64,000 bases of DNA from a virus, in the IMG/VR virus record IMGVR_UViG_3300010388_000228, positions 34,183-98,182 of that record. One strand, written 5' to 3'. The position numbers and the translations under genes are program-made. The notes beneath the pieces are model-generated. The model was not told where the DNA came from. It saw only the letters and a program-made list of their open reading frames with translations, and ran no database searches. Positions 9,071 through 17,742 of the stretch are shown here, piece after piece. Position 1 is the first letter of the stretch. Each line of letters opens with the position of its first letter.

Positions 9071-9829
9071 TTATCTCCATTGGGCTATTTGCAGTATTCT
9101 AGCTAAACTATCTTCTTGTTTAAAGGTAACACTTTCTGAAATGGTTGCAGTTGGATCTTCAAAAATTCCTGGTTCAGGCATATTTGCAGTAGGATCCCTG
9201 TATTCATCACCTTGTGGATTATCAGGAGCAAATTGTTGATACTGTGCGTTATCAGCACCATTAGATTTCATAAATTCTTCCCAATCTAAAATTTGTTGTG
9301 TTTGAGGACCTAAAATACCGTCAGCTTTGATGTTGTAACCTTTTGCTCTCAATTCATATTGTAATTTTTGAATAGCCGGATCAAACTTAGCCCCAGGTTT
9401 TTTTGGTATGCCAGCCGGATGCTGAGGTGTTGGTTTAGATGCAGCACCATGTTGAGGCGCACCATACGCAGGAGCTTTATCTAAATCACTTAGATCTCCT
9501 ACTTTATCTTCTGGAGGTATAAACGATCCAGGATGGTCTTGTGCAAAACTAGTATCCGACACATTAAACTGGTGCGGGTCTACAGGCGGTGCTTCATATG
9601 GTTTAGGTTGTGCATTTAACAAATTAGTTGCTAAGTCGGGTGCATCGCCTGCGCCTGTTGACGCTAATGGTCCTTTTTTCATTCTTTCTTTTGTAGCTTG
9701 TATGCTGCGAGTCTGATCATCAAACGGACTAACACCGTGTACATTCCAATCAGCTTCATTAATAATTTGGATTAATTCTCTTAAAGAACTAACGGAATTT
9801 TGAAGCGCGGTTTCTAAAATTTCTTTCAT
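9071..9829 (-). CDS. Probable internal head protein with a peptidoglycan-binding-like motif; paralog of 7993-9069
   Basis: IQKLQ.EL...GY.IKADGILGPQT motif; C-terminal ESVTFKQEDSLARILQIAQWR; N-terminal ...LRELIQIINEA. Confidence 0.6.
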   Translation of the reverse strand: MKEILETALQNSVSSLRELIQIINEADWNVHGVSPFDDQTRSIQATKERMKKGPLASTGAGDAPDLATNLLNAQPKPYEAPPVDPHQFNVSDTSFAQDHPGSFIPPEDKVGDLSDLDKAPAYGAPQHGAASKPTPQHPAGIPKKPGAKFDPAIQKLQYELRAKGYNIKADGILGPQTQQILDWEEFMKSNGADNAQYQQFAPDNPQGDEYRDPTANMPEPGIFEDPTATISESVTFKQEDSLARILQIAQWR

Positions 9830-12128
9830 AATTATTCCTCATTGTTTTACGAATTTTTTGTTTGTCTAAACTATCATATCGACGGCGACCGCCAAATCCT
9901 TGTAATTCTCTCATTAACAACTCAATACTCTGGCCATCGTCATTATTATGATCAGTATGGCTAACTCCTGCTAATCGTAATACATCGTTTTGTTCTTGAT
10001 CGGCTGAGCTAGGGTCTAATTTGCTAACTTTATCTAATATATACTTTACATCGTCTTCTGTTGCGTCGTTGCCATACTCGCCGTCTTTAAAACTTTTAAT
10101 AATTTTAATTTTAACTCTAGCACCGCCAATTGTGAAGTTTTCTTCTTCTTTATTCCAAAATCCTTCAATTGAATTTAGAATTCGTTGTTTAACAGGTAAG
10201 TTTTCCTCTTCTGGTTCACCTCCGGCATCATCCATATCACATTCGCCAAATCCAGCTTCGCATGGTGTCATTCCGCTTTCTCTAATAAGATCGCGCATAG
10301 TCATACCTTCAGCAATCGGTGTATCTAAGTTAGCACCGGCAGCTTTAGCTTTAATAAGTTTAGCTTTGATTTTTGATTTTTTAGAATTAGCTCCTTCTTG
10401 AATCGGAGCTGCTGGAGGAACTTCACCTTCTGCACCTGGAGCTGCTGGAGGAACTTCACCTTCTGCACCCGGAGCTGCTGGAGGAACTTCACCGCCCTCT
10501 GGAGGAACTTCACCGCCCTCTGGAGGCATTCCGCCTAAATCTGGAGGCATTCCGCCACCGCCAAGTGCAGGCATGCCGCCGCCTAAATCTTCAGGAGGAG
10601 CGCCTGGATCTGCAGCCGGTGCAGGTGGAGGAGTTGATCCGTCGGCCATTGGTGGTAAATCAGTGCCGCCTAACTGGTCATCACCAAATTTTAATTCTCT
10701 TGCAACATCTGCATCTTTTCGTGTAATATATGCTTGCAATAATGCTCGTATATCTAAGTTTTCATCAACCTCAAGATCTTCGAGTTCATCAAAAAATGCA
10801 GGATCGTCAATTAACCCTCTTAACTCTGTCTTAAGAGTATCTAGATCTGGTCCTTGTTTAAGTTCATTTTGTAATTTATCATTTAATTTCTTAATGGCAG
10901 CAGTTCTTGCGTTTTTGTTGCTACTAAATATTTCATTTTCATCTTCCATCATAATGTGATGAATAAAAGATTCAAACGTTTCTTCTGGATCAAAACTTTC
11001 GTTCTTATGGCTCTTATAGCCTTTGTTTTTCATTGAGTGTGCTAATGCCCAAGGGTTATCAATTTCCTTGTGGTTCTTCATTGCTTTAACAGTACCTTCC
11101 CAACCTTTAGGAGCTTTTTCACCTAAGAAGTAATCTGAAGATAATTCACATACAGGCAATTCGCTTTCGTCTACAATGTTATATAAGAACGGAAATACTG
11201 ATTTCATATCTTCATTAAACGTGCGTACTGTTAATCGATCAATCCAGTCATTCATAACTGTTTCTGGAATTACTTTTTCTTCTTGCGTAGTAAATGATTC
11301 TGCAAATTGTTGATAATATGCAGGACGTTGTAAGCTGTTAATTTCTTTTTTTACTAATTCAATGCGGTCAATTACGCGTGATGTAACATCTCCCATTGCT
11401 TCTGATATTTGTGATTGACGATTAACGTAACCTTTAAATTTACGTAAACTTGCTAATTCTTCACTAAGTTTAGTAATGTGTTTACCAATATCGTCATACG
11501 GAATTCCACCGTGTTTAATATGTTCTGCTAGTGCGCGAGCACCTTGTAAATGCTTATACGGATATTTAAATCGTTCACCATCTGCATTTTCTATGTATAT
11601 GCATTCAATATGCATAGTACGTCCAGCAGCTAACTCTGGGTTAATAGGTTGATTATGTTTAACTATTAATCGAGCTTCACCTAAGTCTTGGTAGCTCATT
11701 CTAGAAGTACCAAACATTTTACTTTCCATCATTGTTTGTTCCTTGGGTTTTGCTTGAAACTGATAGTCTCGTTTGTCTAAGTTGCTCTTTCCGATGTTTT
11801 GTACATCAAAGTTTAATAAGCGATTTTTAGCAAATTTTCTAAATGATCTTATAAATTTAAATGCATTGTGGTGTGTAGTATTTGACTTATCGTCTACTAG
11901 GTCTCCACTAACTTGCACTACAACTCCGTCATCCAAATCTAAAGTAATAGTAATAGTCCCTAATGGCTCTCCGTCTTCAATGTATTCAAACTCAAAGAAC
12001 CGTGCTTTTGGAATATCAACTTTTTTACTCAATACTTCTGCATTTTCGTCGCCCATTTTAATGTTTGAGAAACGTGTTTCTATTTTGCCATAAAGGTCTT
12101 TAGCAATTTTATCTAAATTATTGTCCAT
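9789..12128 (-). CDS. Large head-associated (scaffold/internal) protein
   Basis: Likely start MDNNLDKIAKDL at 12128, just after a GATAAATA motif. Many (I/L/M/F)xE(S/A/G) sites, Pro/Gly/Glu-rich repeats and a VLRLAGV motif; directly downstream of terminase. Confidence 0.6.
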   Translation of the reverse strand: MDNNLDKIAKDLYGKIETRFSNIKMGDENAEVLSKKVDIPKARFFEFEYIEDGEPLGTITITLDLDDGVVVQVSGDLVDDKSNTTHHNAFKFIRSFRKFAKNRLLNFDVQNIGKSNLDKRDYQFQAKPKEQTMMESKMFGTSRMSYQDLGEARLIVKHNQPINPELAAGRTMHIECIYIENADGERFKYPYKHLQGARALAEHIKHGGIPYDDIGKHITKLSEELASLRKFKGYVNRQSQISEAMGDVTSRVIDRIELVKKEINSLQRPAYYQQFAESFTTQEEKVIPETVMNDWIDRLTVRTFNEDMKSVFPFLYNIVDESELPVCELSSDYFLGEKAPKGWEGTVKAMKNHKEIDNPWALAHSMKNKGYKSHKNESFDPEETFESFIHHIMMEDENEIFSSNKNARTAAIKKLNDKLQNELKQGPDLDTLKTELRGLIDDPAFFDELEDLEVDENLDIRALLQAYITRKDADVARELKFGDDQLGGTDLPPMADGSTPPPAPAADPGAPPEDLGGGMPALGGGGMPPDLGGMPPEGGEVPPEGGEVPPAAPGAEGEVPPAAPGAEGEVPPAAPIQEGANSKKSKIKAKLIKAKAAGANLDTPIAEGMTMRDLIRESGMTPCEAGFGECDMDDAGGEPEEENLPVKQRILNSIEGFWNKEEENFTIGGARVKIKIIKSFKDGEYGNDATEDDVKYILDKVSKLDPSSADQEQNDVLRLAGVSHTDHNNDDGQSIELLMRELQGFGGRRRYDSLDKQKIRKTMRNNYERNFRNRASKFR
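10406..10525. repeat. 33-bp and 21-bp tandem repeats (EGEVPPAAPGA / PPEGGEV)
   Basis: GGAGCTGCTGGAGGAACTTCACC... and GGAGGAACTTCACCGCCCTCT units. Confidence 0.8.
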
Positions 12129-12138
12129 ATTATATTTA

Positions 12139-13731
12139 TCACATATTAGAGGAAACAAATATTGGTAGAGGTGCTTCCCAGTCCTCAAATCGCTCTTCAA
12201 TCCGCATTCTTTCAAATACCAAAGGATCCCACTCTGCTAGTATGTCAATCATTCTTACTATTAATAGTAATGCTGCTACTAAATCGTCGTGTTGTCCCGG
12301 TTTACCTTTAAAACTAATGCCATGTGCGATAAAAGATTTTAGTTCGGTTATTAAAGGTTTACTGTTAATTACCATCTTATCTTCTTCAACAAAATATTTT
12401 AATTTTGAACATGCAGCAATTTTATTATTAAAGGTTGTATTAAATCCTTTGCGGAATTTGCGAACATGCCCCTTTCTGCCCGGCTCGCTTACAAATAATC
12501 CCGGAAATGTTTCTTCTCCTAAGTTGTCAATTACTACTAGTGCGCTTTCACCTACCGTATTGTTTTCTACTGACCAGTATACTGAGTTGTATTGGTCGGC
12601 GCCAATCTCATCTTGTATATATAATAGTACATCTCTAAATAACTTTACCTGTCCTTGGATTGGAGTAATGTTATGATGCCATTCTGCTACTTGTACCATT
12701 GACGGTAATTCAAATACTGATATTGCAGAATAGTCCCCGCCTGTACCTAAACTTGGATCCAATGCTACTAAATATAAATTACCAGCAGTTGGTGCTTTAT
12801 ACCATCTAACTTGTCCCATTTTCATTATTGGCTCTTTACCGTATAGTTCAACTAATTTTAAACTGTTAATAAGAGTTTCGTCGTATACTAAGAATTCGCA
12901 GCCGTATTCACGTCTAAACTTTTCTTCACCAATACGACCTAATTCGTCTTTCTTCCATTCTTCATCGCGATCTGGGTGATCCCACCAGTCAGAACGAAAT
13001 CCAGAGAATCCGTTAATTCCGATCCTATCTGCTTTCTCATTACCAAATTCATCAAAACATTGTTGGCTTTCTTTCCATATAGTAGCAAATTGATCTTCGT
13101 CACTATTTGGTGTAGAAGTAATAATACAACGTCCACCAGTTGCTAGTGTAGGTGAAATAGAAGTCCAAAACTCTTCAGCAATGTTAGGTTGTAAGAACGC
13201 AAACTCATCGCAATACAGTAACGAAATAGACATACCTCGTCCTGTTGTACCTGTTGTAGTTTGACTTACAATACGTGAACCGTTATCGAACTCCATAGAC
13301 CCTTTGTTATAACTAATAACACCAGCACGTAAAAAGTCTGGACAAAGTTCATATCCATAACGTATACGTTGCATAATCTCTTGAGCACCTGTATATTTGT
13401 GCGCTGCAATTAGAATAGTTTGGTCCGGGTGAAACATTGCATACCATAATAAGTATGCAGATGCACACGTAGTTTTACCACTTTGTCGTGGTAACATGTT
13501 AATATTAAAACGATGTGCGTGATAACAATTTAACAAATTAACCTGATAATCAAACGGCTGGAATAATAACTTTCCTTTTACTGAGTGTTGAATATGAAAA
13601 AAGTATCTTGAAAAATATAAATACCCATCAGTTGGATCGGCACACATTCGTAAATCAGTAATCTGTTGTTCTTCAAATCGTTCAGTTTTATGAGCTTTTT
13701 TAGTTAAAACACCATCTAAACTTTTAGCCAT
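12139..13731 (-). CDS. Terminase large subunit (T4 gp17-like)
   Basis: PRQSGKT Walker A, LLYCDEFAF Walker B, ITSTPN, LDPSLGTGGDYS, VENN and HDDLV nuclease motifs. Likely start MAKSLDG after AAGG. Confidence 0.95.
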   Translation of the reverse strand: MAKSLDGVLTKKAHKTERFEEQQITDLRMCADPTDGYLYFSRYFFHIQHSVKGKLLFQPFDYQVNLLNCYHAHRFNINMLPRQSGKTTCASAYLLWYAMFHPDQTILIAAHKYTGAQEIMQRIRYGYELCPDFLRAGVISYNKGSMEFDNGSRIVSQTTTGTTGRGMSISLLYCDEFAFLQPNIAEEFWTSISPTLATGGRCIITSTPNSDEDQFATIWKESQQCFDEFGNEKADRIGINGFSGFRSDWWDHPDRDEEWKKDELGRIGEEKFRREYGCEFLVYDETLINSLKLVELYGKEPIMKMGQVRWYKAPTAGNLYLVALDPSLGTGGDYSAISVFELPSMVQVAEWHHNITPIQGQVKLFRDVLLYIQDEIGADQYNSVYWSVENNTVGESALVVIDNLGEETFPGLFVSEPGRKGHVRKFRKGFNTTFNNKIAACSKLKYFVEEDKMVINSKPLITELKSFIAHGISFKGKPGQHDDLVAALLLIVRMIDILAEWDPLVFERMRIEERFEDWEAPLPIFVSSNM

Positions 13732-13763
13732 ATAATATCCTTTATCTGTCTTATTGTATTTAC

Positions 13764-13790
13764 AAAAAAAAGCGGACATAATGTCCGCTT
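13764..13790 (-). terminator. Intrinsic terminator upstream of the terminase gene
   Basis: AAAGCGGACA-taa-TGTCCGCTTT stem ending in a T8 tract on the minus strand, immediately followed by a TGTAAATA late-promoter-like motif (13757-13764). Confidence 0.8.
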
Positions 13791-13795
13791 TGTGA

Positions 13796-14092
13796 TTATC
13801 TTGGAGGATTATCTGTTAGTTCGATTGTGCAGTGTTTACCTTTTCTAGCTTGTAATTTCTTTTCTTTTTCAGCTTTATGAATAGCAGCATCTAACTCAGG
13901 AGACCCGTCTACACCGCCTGGATATATTCTCCACGGAAATTCATGATTGTAATTAAAAATTGCAACATTAATAATTGGATCATAATCAGGATCCATGATT
14001 GATCGTGGTTTAGAAAATGCTTGATCTGCTGTAAATCCGCCTCTTCCGCCGTATACATGATCATGTTCGGCTTTATGACGATCCTCACTTAT
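13796..14092 (-). CDS. Open frame probably expressed as a -1 frameshift extension of 14089-14556
   Basis: The frame of track ORF 13796..13996 stays open upstream to the A11 run (ISEDRHKAEHDHVYGGRGGFTADQAFSKPRSI-MDPDY...). No SD precedes the internal ATG. Confidence 0.5.
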   Translation of the reverse strand: MSEDRHKAEHDHVYGGRGGFTADQAFSKPRSIMDPDYDPIINVAIFNYNHEFPWRIYPGGVDGSPELDAAIHKAEKEKKLQARKGKHCTIELTDNPPR

Positions 14093-14556
14093 TTTTTTTT
14101 TTGGCTACGTAATTTAACGTTTTCGTATAAATCAGAAAGATTTTGAATTAACGCTTCGTGAACTTGAGGATTGCCGCCGCCATTTACTTTACGTGCTTCT
14201 CTGTCTTTTTTATCGCCTTGATGAATTAATGCATCAATGCCGTACGTTGTTGGACCAACATCACCGTCTACTTCATTTTTATACCCATCACCGATAACAA
14301 TTTCAGCGTCATGATCATGTGGAATGTCTTTTGGTTCTGCATCAGTATCACTGCCAATTCCTTTTAGTACATCAATTAATTCACGAATACCATCTGCACC
14401 TTTGCTATTAATAGTAAGATTCATATTTAATGATTCGTCAGGTGGTTGACTACCATGAATAATAGCTGCAGGCATTTCGCCGCCACATTCTTCAATTGAC
14501 GGGTTGCACCCTTCTTCAATGCTTTTCATTGTTTGCATTAACTGTTTAAAATCCAT
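14089..14556 (-). CDS. Acidic probable internal head protein
   Basis: N-terminal MDFKQLMQTMKSIEEG resembles a cleavable capsid-targeting leader; ends in QKKK-stop on an A11 run. Confidence 0.6.
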   Translation of the reverse strand: MDFKQLMQTMKSIEEGCNPSIEECGGEMPAAIIHGSQPPDESLNMNLTINSKGADGIRELIDVLKGIGSDTDAEPKDIPHDHDAEIVIGDGYKNEVDGDVGPTTYGIDALIHQGDKKDREARKVNGGGNPQVHEALIQNLSDLYENVKLRSQKKK

Positions 14557-15179
14557 TAGTTTATTCCTTTAGCAGTCGGTAATGTAACTTTTTTAGATCC
14601 AACTGGACTAGTAGTTCCAATTGTTTTATCATATTTGGCACTTGTTGCTGCTTTTTCAACAGGCGCTTTTTTTGCTAATAGTTGATCATTAACACCCTTA
14701 TACTGTTCACCTTGATGTTTAACTTTGTTAAGTTCTTTTAACAATGACATTACATTTGATTGGCCTGCTAAGTGCTGATTGCTTTCTTTATCGTAATCTT
14801 TACCTAATAATGCGTCACCTGATGTTTCATCAAATTTGTGATTAAGCTCTTCTTCTTCAACTTCTTTAAGATTGCGAACTTTAACACAGCATTCACTTAA
14901 CCCTAATGCATCAGCAGCAAGCTGTCTTACTTGAAAACTAGTTGCAGGGTATGTTAATATAACATCATATGTAGTAACATTGATGTTGTGATGTTCAGGA
15001 AAATCAACTTGTGTTTCTTGAATTGGAGTGCGAGTGCTTTCTGAAAACGATTCAACTGTAAATCTTTCTAATGCACTTTTAAGTTTATTAATATTGTCTT
15101 GTGGATGTTCTCCCACAAGTTTAATTTTAAATTCATAAACTTGTTTTGATTCTAATAAATGTTGTCTAAATGATTTCAT
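14556..15179 (-). CDS. Probable head/prohead-core protein
   Basis: N-terminal MKSFRQHLLES resembles the T4 MKtf.efi.E capsid-targeting pattern; AATAAATA motif (15198-15205) and AAGGA RBS upstream. Confidence 0.55.
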   Translation of the reverse strand: MKSFRQHLLESKQVYEFKIKLVGEHPQDNINKLKSALERFTVESFSESTRTPIQETQVDFPEHHNINVTTYDVILTYPATSFQVRQLAADALGLSECCVKVRNLKEVEEEELNHKFDETSGDALLGKDYDKESNQHLAGQSNVMSLLKELNKVKHQGEQYKGVNDQLLAKKAPVEKAATSAKYDKTIGTTSPVGSKKVTLPTAKGIN

Positions 15180-15200
15180 AATATATCCTTGATATTATAT

Positions 15201-15680
15201 TTATTTCATATTCTTCAATTTTTCGATCAGACTATTACGGTCGGTAACGATAAATCCTTCGCCTGAAATATTAACACCGTTGTCTTCTGGGTGAGCATCG
15301 TTGTCTAATTTTTGTTTCTTAATCTGAAGTTCGATCATTTTAATTTTCTTATCAATTTTTGCCGACTTAGCATCAATTGCGTTCTTAAGCATACTTGCAG
15401 CTACTTCAAATACCCGGCCGCTGTATCGAGCTTCAACATTCATTCCTAAATCCATTAAGTCGTCATACGCATCCGTTGCACGCTGCGCTAATGCATCAAA
15501 CTCTGAATCACTAGCATCGCCTAGCCCTTTTACTTGTGGTAATGCTGCTGATATTTTATCAAATTCAGCCATGTCTCGAAGTAACGGAACTGGTCCAGCC
15601 GGTACTGCAGGCGTAGTATCTTCTTTTATAATTGTTTTACTTTCTGGTAAATTTAGAAGGTCTTCTAATTTGCGGGTCAT
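15201..15680 (-). CDS. Terminase small subunit (T4 gp16-like)
   Basis: Helical D..A..A...Y.DLM......E...GRVFEVA..MLK pattern like gp16 (RafEV); late motif CTTAAATA upstream. Confidence 0.7.
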   Translation of the reverse strand: MTRKLEDLLNLPESKTIIKEDTTPAVPAGPVPLLRDMAEFDKISAALPQVKGLGDASDSEFDALAQRATDAYDDLMDLGMNVEARYSGRVFEVAASMLKNAIDAKSAKIDKKIKMIELQIKKQKLDNDAHPEDNGVNISGEGFIVTDRNSLIEKLKNMK

Positions 15681-15710
15681 GAATTATCCTCATATAGTAT
15701 ACTATTTAAG

Positions 15711-16151
15711 TTATTTGGACCCGTTATGAAAAATATCATTTTCATTTATAACTCTAAATACTAATCCATGTTGTTTACAATAAGCAGTAGCAGCTGCCCA
15801 TTTTGCTTGATTTTTAATAAACTGCGCTTGATTGTATTTGTTTTTACCAACACGTTCTAATATATGTTGACTTGCAGGTTTTATTTCAATTACTTCATTA
15901 TGTATATGATTGTTTTTATCTACGTACTGAATAAAAAAATCTGGCAAATAAATAGTGTTACGATTAGTAAGAGGATCTCGATACGGTATAGTGATTGCTT
16001 CGCTTGCCCATTTGTGAATTGCAGGATTTGTATCACACATACTCATAAAAGTCATTTCCCAAGAACTTCTGTAGAATGGTATTTTTGTCCCTACATATTT
16101 TGCTGGATTTTTAGGTGTAAATTTTCCTTTAGCAAATTTACGACTACTCAT
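15711..16151 (-). CDS. Head completion nuclease (T4 gp4-like)
   Basis: G.F.PKNP.KY.G, YRSSWE, W.SE...IPY, Y.PDF, IEIKP and N.AKW.AA motifs. Confidence 0.9.
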   Translation of the reverse strand: MSSRKFAKGKFTPKNPAKYVGTKIPFYRSSWEMTFMSMCDTNPAIHKWASEAITIPYRDPLTNRNTIYLPDFFIQYVDKNNHIHNEVIEIKPASQHILERVGKNKYNQAQFIKNQAKWAAATAYCKQHGLVFRVINENDIFHNGSK

Positions 16152-16516
16152 ACTAATATGTTTCTCGATTCGTAGTCATTATCAATCTTATTAACTCGAT
16201 ATCCTAATAAACTAGTAGGTGATCTATATGAATTTAATATTTGGGCAACTACTTGATTTAACTGTAATGATGGAAGAGTTTTAAGGGTGTCTAACAATGC
16301 AAATACATCAACTCCGTCGTATCGTGCTTGATTTAATAACACAATTGCAGTTGAACTTGCACTAGCAGTATCAAAATTTCTTTTTTGAAAAAACCCAATA
16401 ACTGCATCAATCTGTTCACACGGAAACGAAACATCGTTAGTATAAAATTTATCAAAAAAATGTTTAATTTCAGTTGATACCGGTTCAGTATATGGAGATG
16501 GTAAATTTATATTCAT
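16148..16516 (-). CDS. Hypothetical (probably structural) protein
   Basis: 122-aa ORF with 4-nt overlaps to neighbours on both sides. Confidence 0.6.
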   Translation of the reverse strand: MNINLPSPYTEPVSTEIKHFFDKFYTNDVSFPCEQIDAVIGFFQKRNFDTASASSTAIVLLNQARYDGVDVFALLDTLKTLPSLQLNQVVAQILNSYRSPTSLLGYRVNKIDNDYESRNILV

Positions 16517-17661
16517 CTAGTTTGTCCGTTTTGTCCATAGTTAGGAGTTGTAGTTAGTCCAGTTTGTGTTGCAATTGTACCAGTAGCAGTAGCTTTAGCA
16601 TTTCCTACATTAGTACTTATTTGTGTTGCAGTTGTGCCAGTAGCAGTTGTGCCAGTAGCAGTTGTGCCAGTAGCAGCGGTGCCATTACCTGTTGGAATAG
16701 ATGCACCGAGTTTGTTTGCAGATGTAGAACTAGTACCTGCTGCACCAATCGTTGATGAAAGAGATGCTAACCCATTGCCAGTCGGTAACGCAATGCCAAG
16801 TTTGTTTGCAACTGATGCTAGAAGAGCCGATTGTTGTGCAGCTACAGTAGTTGAGTTAGCTGTACCTAATATCGGTTGCGGAAATGATGGATATGTGCTA
16901 GTATTTGACATCGGTGTTCCGGGTTGCAACGGTGACGGATAATAATCATAATGTGATATACCAAATCCTTCCATGTTACCGTCAGTAACATACCCAGTAC
17001 CGTACGAAACTGCTTCATATGCAAGTGTCATATCAAACGCGTGTGAATCACCTGAATGGTATGCTAAGTTGCCTCCGCCCCAGTGGGTAATAAGAGGGTT
17101 AATAAGTTTATAACTAACAAACTCATGTCTTGCCATTTGATAAATTGTTATATAATTAAAAAATGGTTTAGATCGCCCAATAAATCCGTAAGGATTTTTT
17201 ATGTACGACGATGGTAGTGTTGCTGTCTTATTATATGCACCTTTAGCAGATGAAACTGTTGGATCGTTATAAAAATACTTATAATATGTTTGCCATAATT
17301 GATTTACGAGTCCCATATTATCATCATGAAACGATAATTTAACATCAGTATATTTGTGCTGATATTGGACAACTCGTTTTCTATTATATTGATTTAACGT
17401 TTCGGCAGATACAGTGTATGTAGGTAAGTCAATATTTTTAACTAATAAGTTAATCTCATTTTTAAGAGTTTCTAACATCTTAGCTTCAATTGTACTTGGT
17501 TTAATACCTTGCCAGTTAATATTAAATGCAACATGAAATAAAAATTTATCTTTAGGTAATAATCGAAATTGATCGGTTACAAAAGTTTGAGACGCGTGCT
17601 GGCGGCATCGAAGGTTTTCGACAGGGTCAGCTACTAAAAATTCGTTTTGTGCAAATGCCAT
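16513..17661 (-). CDS. Tail-tube-fold baseplate protein (gp54/gp48-like)
   Basis: LVK.IDLP.Y.....LNQYNRKR......Y..V.L.FHDD and FDMTLAYE tube-fold signature; T/A/G-rich tail with TGTTA repeats (16625-16676). Confidence 0.6.
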   Translation of the reverse strand: MAFAQNEFLVADPVENLRCRQHASQTFVTDQFRLLPKDKFLFHVAFNINWQGIKPSTIEAKMLETLKNEINLLVKNIDLPTYTVSAETLNQYNRKRVVQYQHKYTDVKLSFHDDNMGLVNQLWQTYYKYFYNDPTVSSAKGAYNKTATLPSSYIKNPYGFIGRSKPFFNYITIYQMARHEFVSYKLINPLITHWGGGNLAYHSGDSHAFDMTLAYEAVSYGTGYVTDGNMEGFGISHYDYYPSPLQPGTPMSNTSTYPSFPQPILGTANSTTVAAQQSALLASVANKLGIALPTGNGLASLSSTIGAAGTSSTSANKLGASIPTGNGTAATGTTATGTTATGTTATQISTNVGNAKATATGTIATQTGLTTTPNYGQNGQTR

Positions 17662-17694
17662 ATATATATTTATCCCTTAAAACTCGCAGAAATC

Positions 17695-17720
17695 AAAAAA
17701 AAGCCCGCAATGCGGGCTTT
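17695..17720 (-). terminator. Intrinsic terminator after the tail tube gene
   Basis: AAAGCCCGCA-a-TGCGGGCTTT stem with a T8 tract on the minus strand. Confidence 0.85.
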
Positions 17721-17742
17721 AATTGTTTTACTTAAATTGGTA

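Noticed and set aside
9789-9900. 41-nt overlap and basic tail of the ~780-aa protein as a possible frameshift fusion to 9071-9829
   Set aside because: The downstream gene has its own GAGG RBS and ATG and no convincing slippery site was seen; more likely simple stop-codon drift.
8387-10525. Short tandem repeats considered as a CRISPR-like array
   Set aside because: Units are in-frame multiples of 3 with no unique spacers; they encode low-complexity peptide repeats.
1505-13731. Inteins or group I introns in uvsW, uvsX or terminase
   Set aside because: Proteins are of normal length with contiguous motifs; no C...HN insertions seen.
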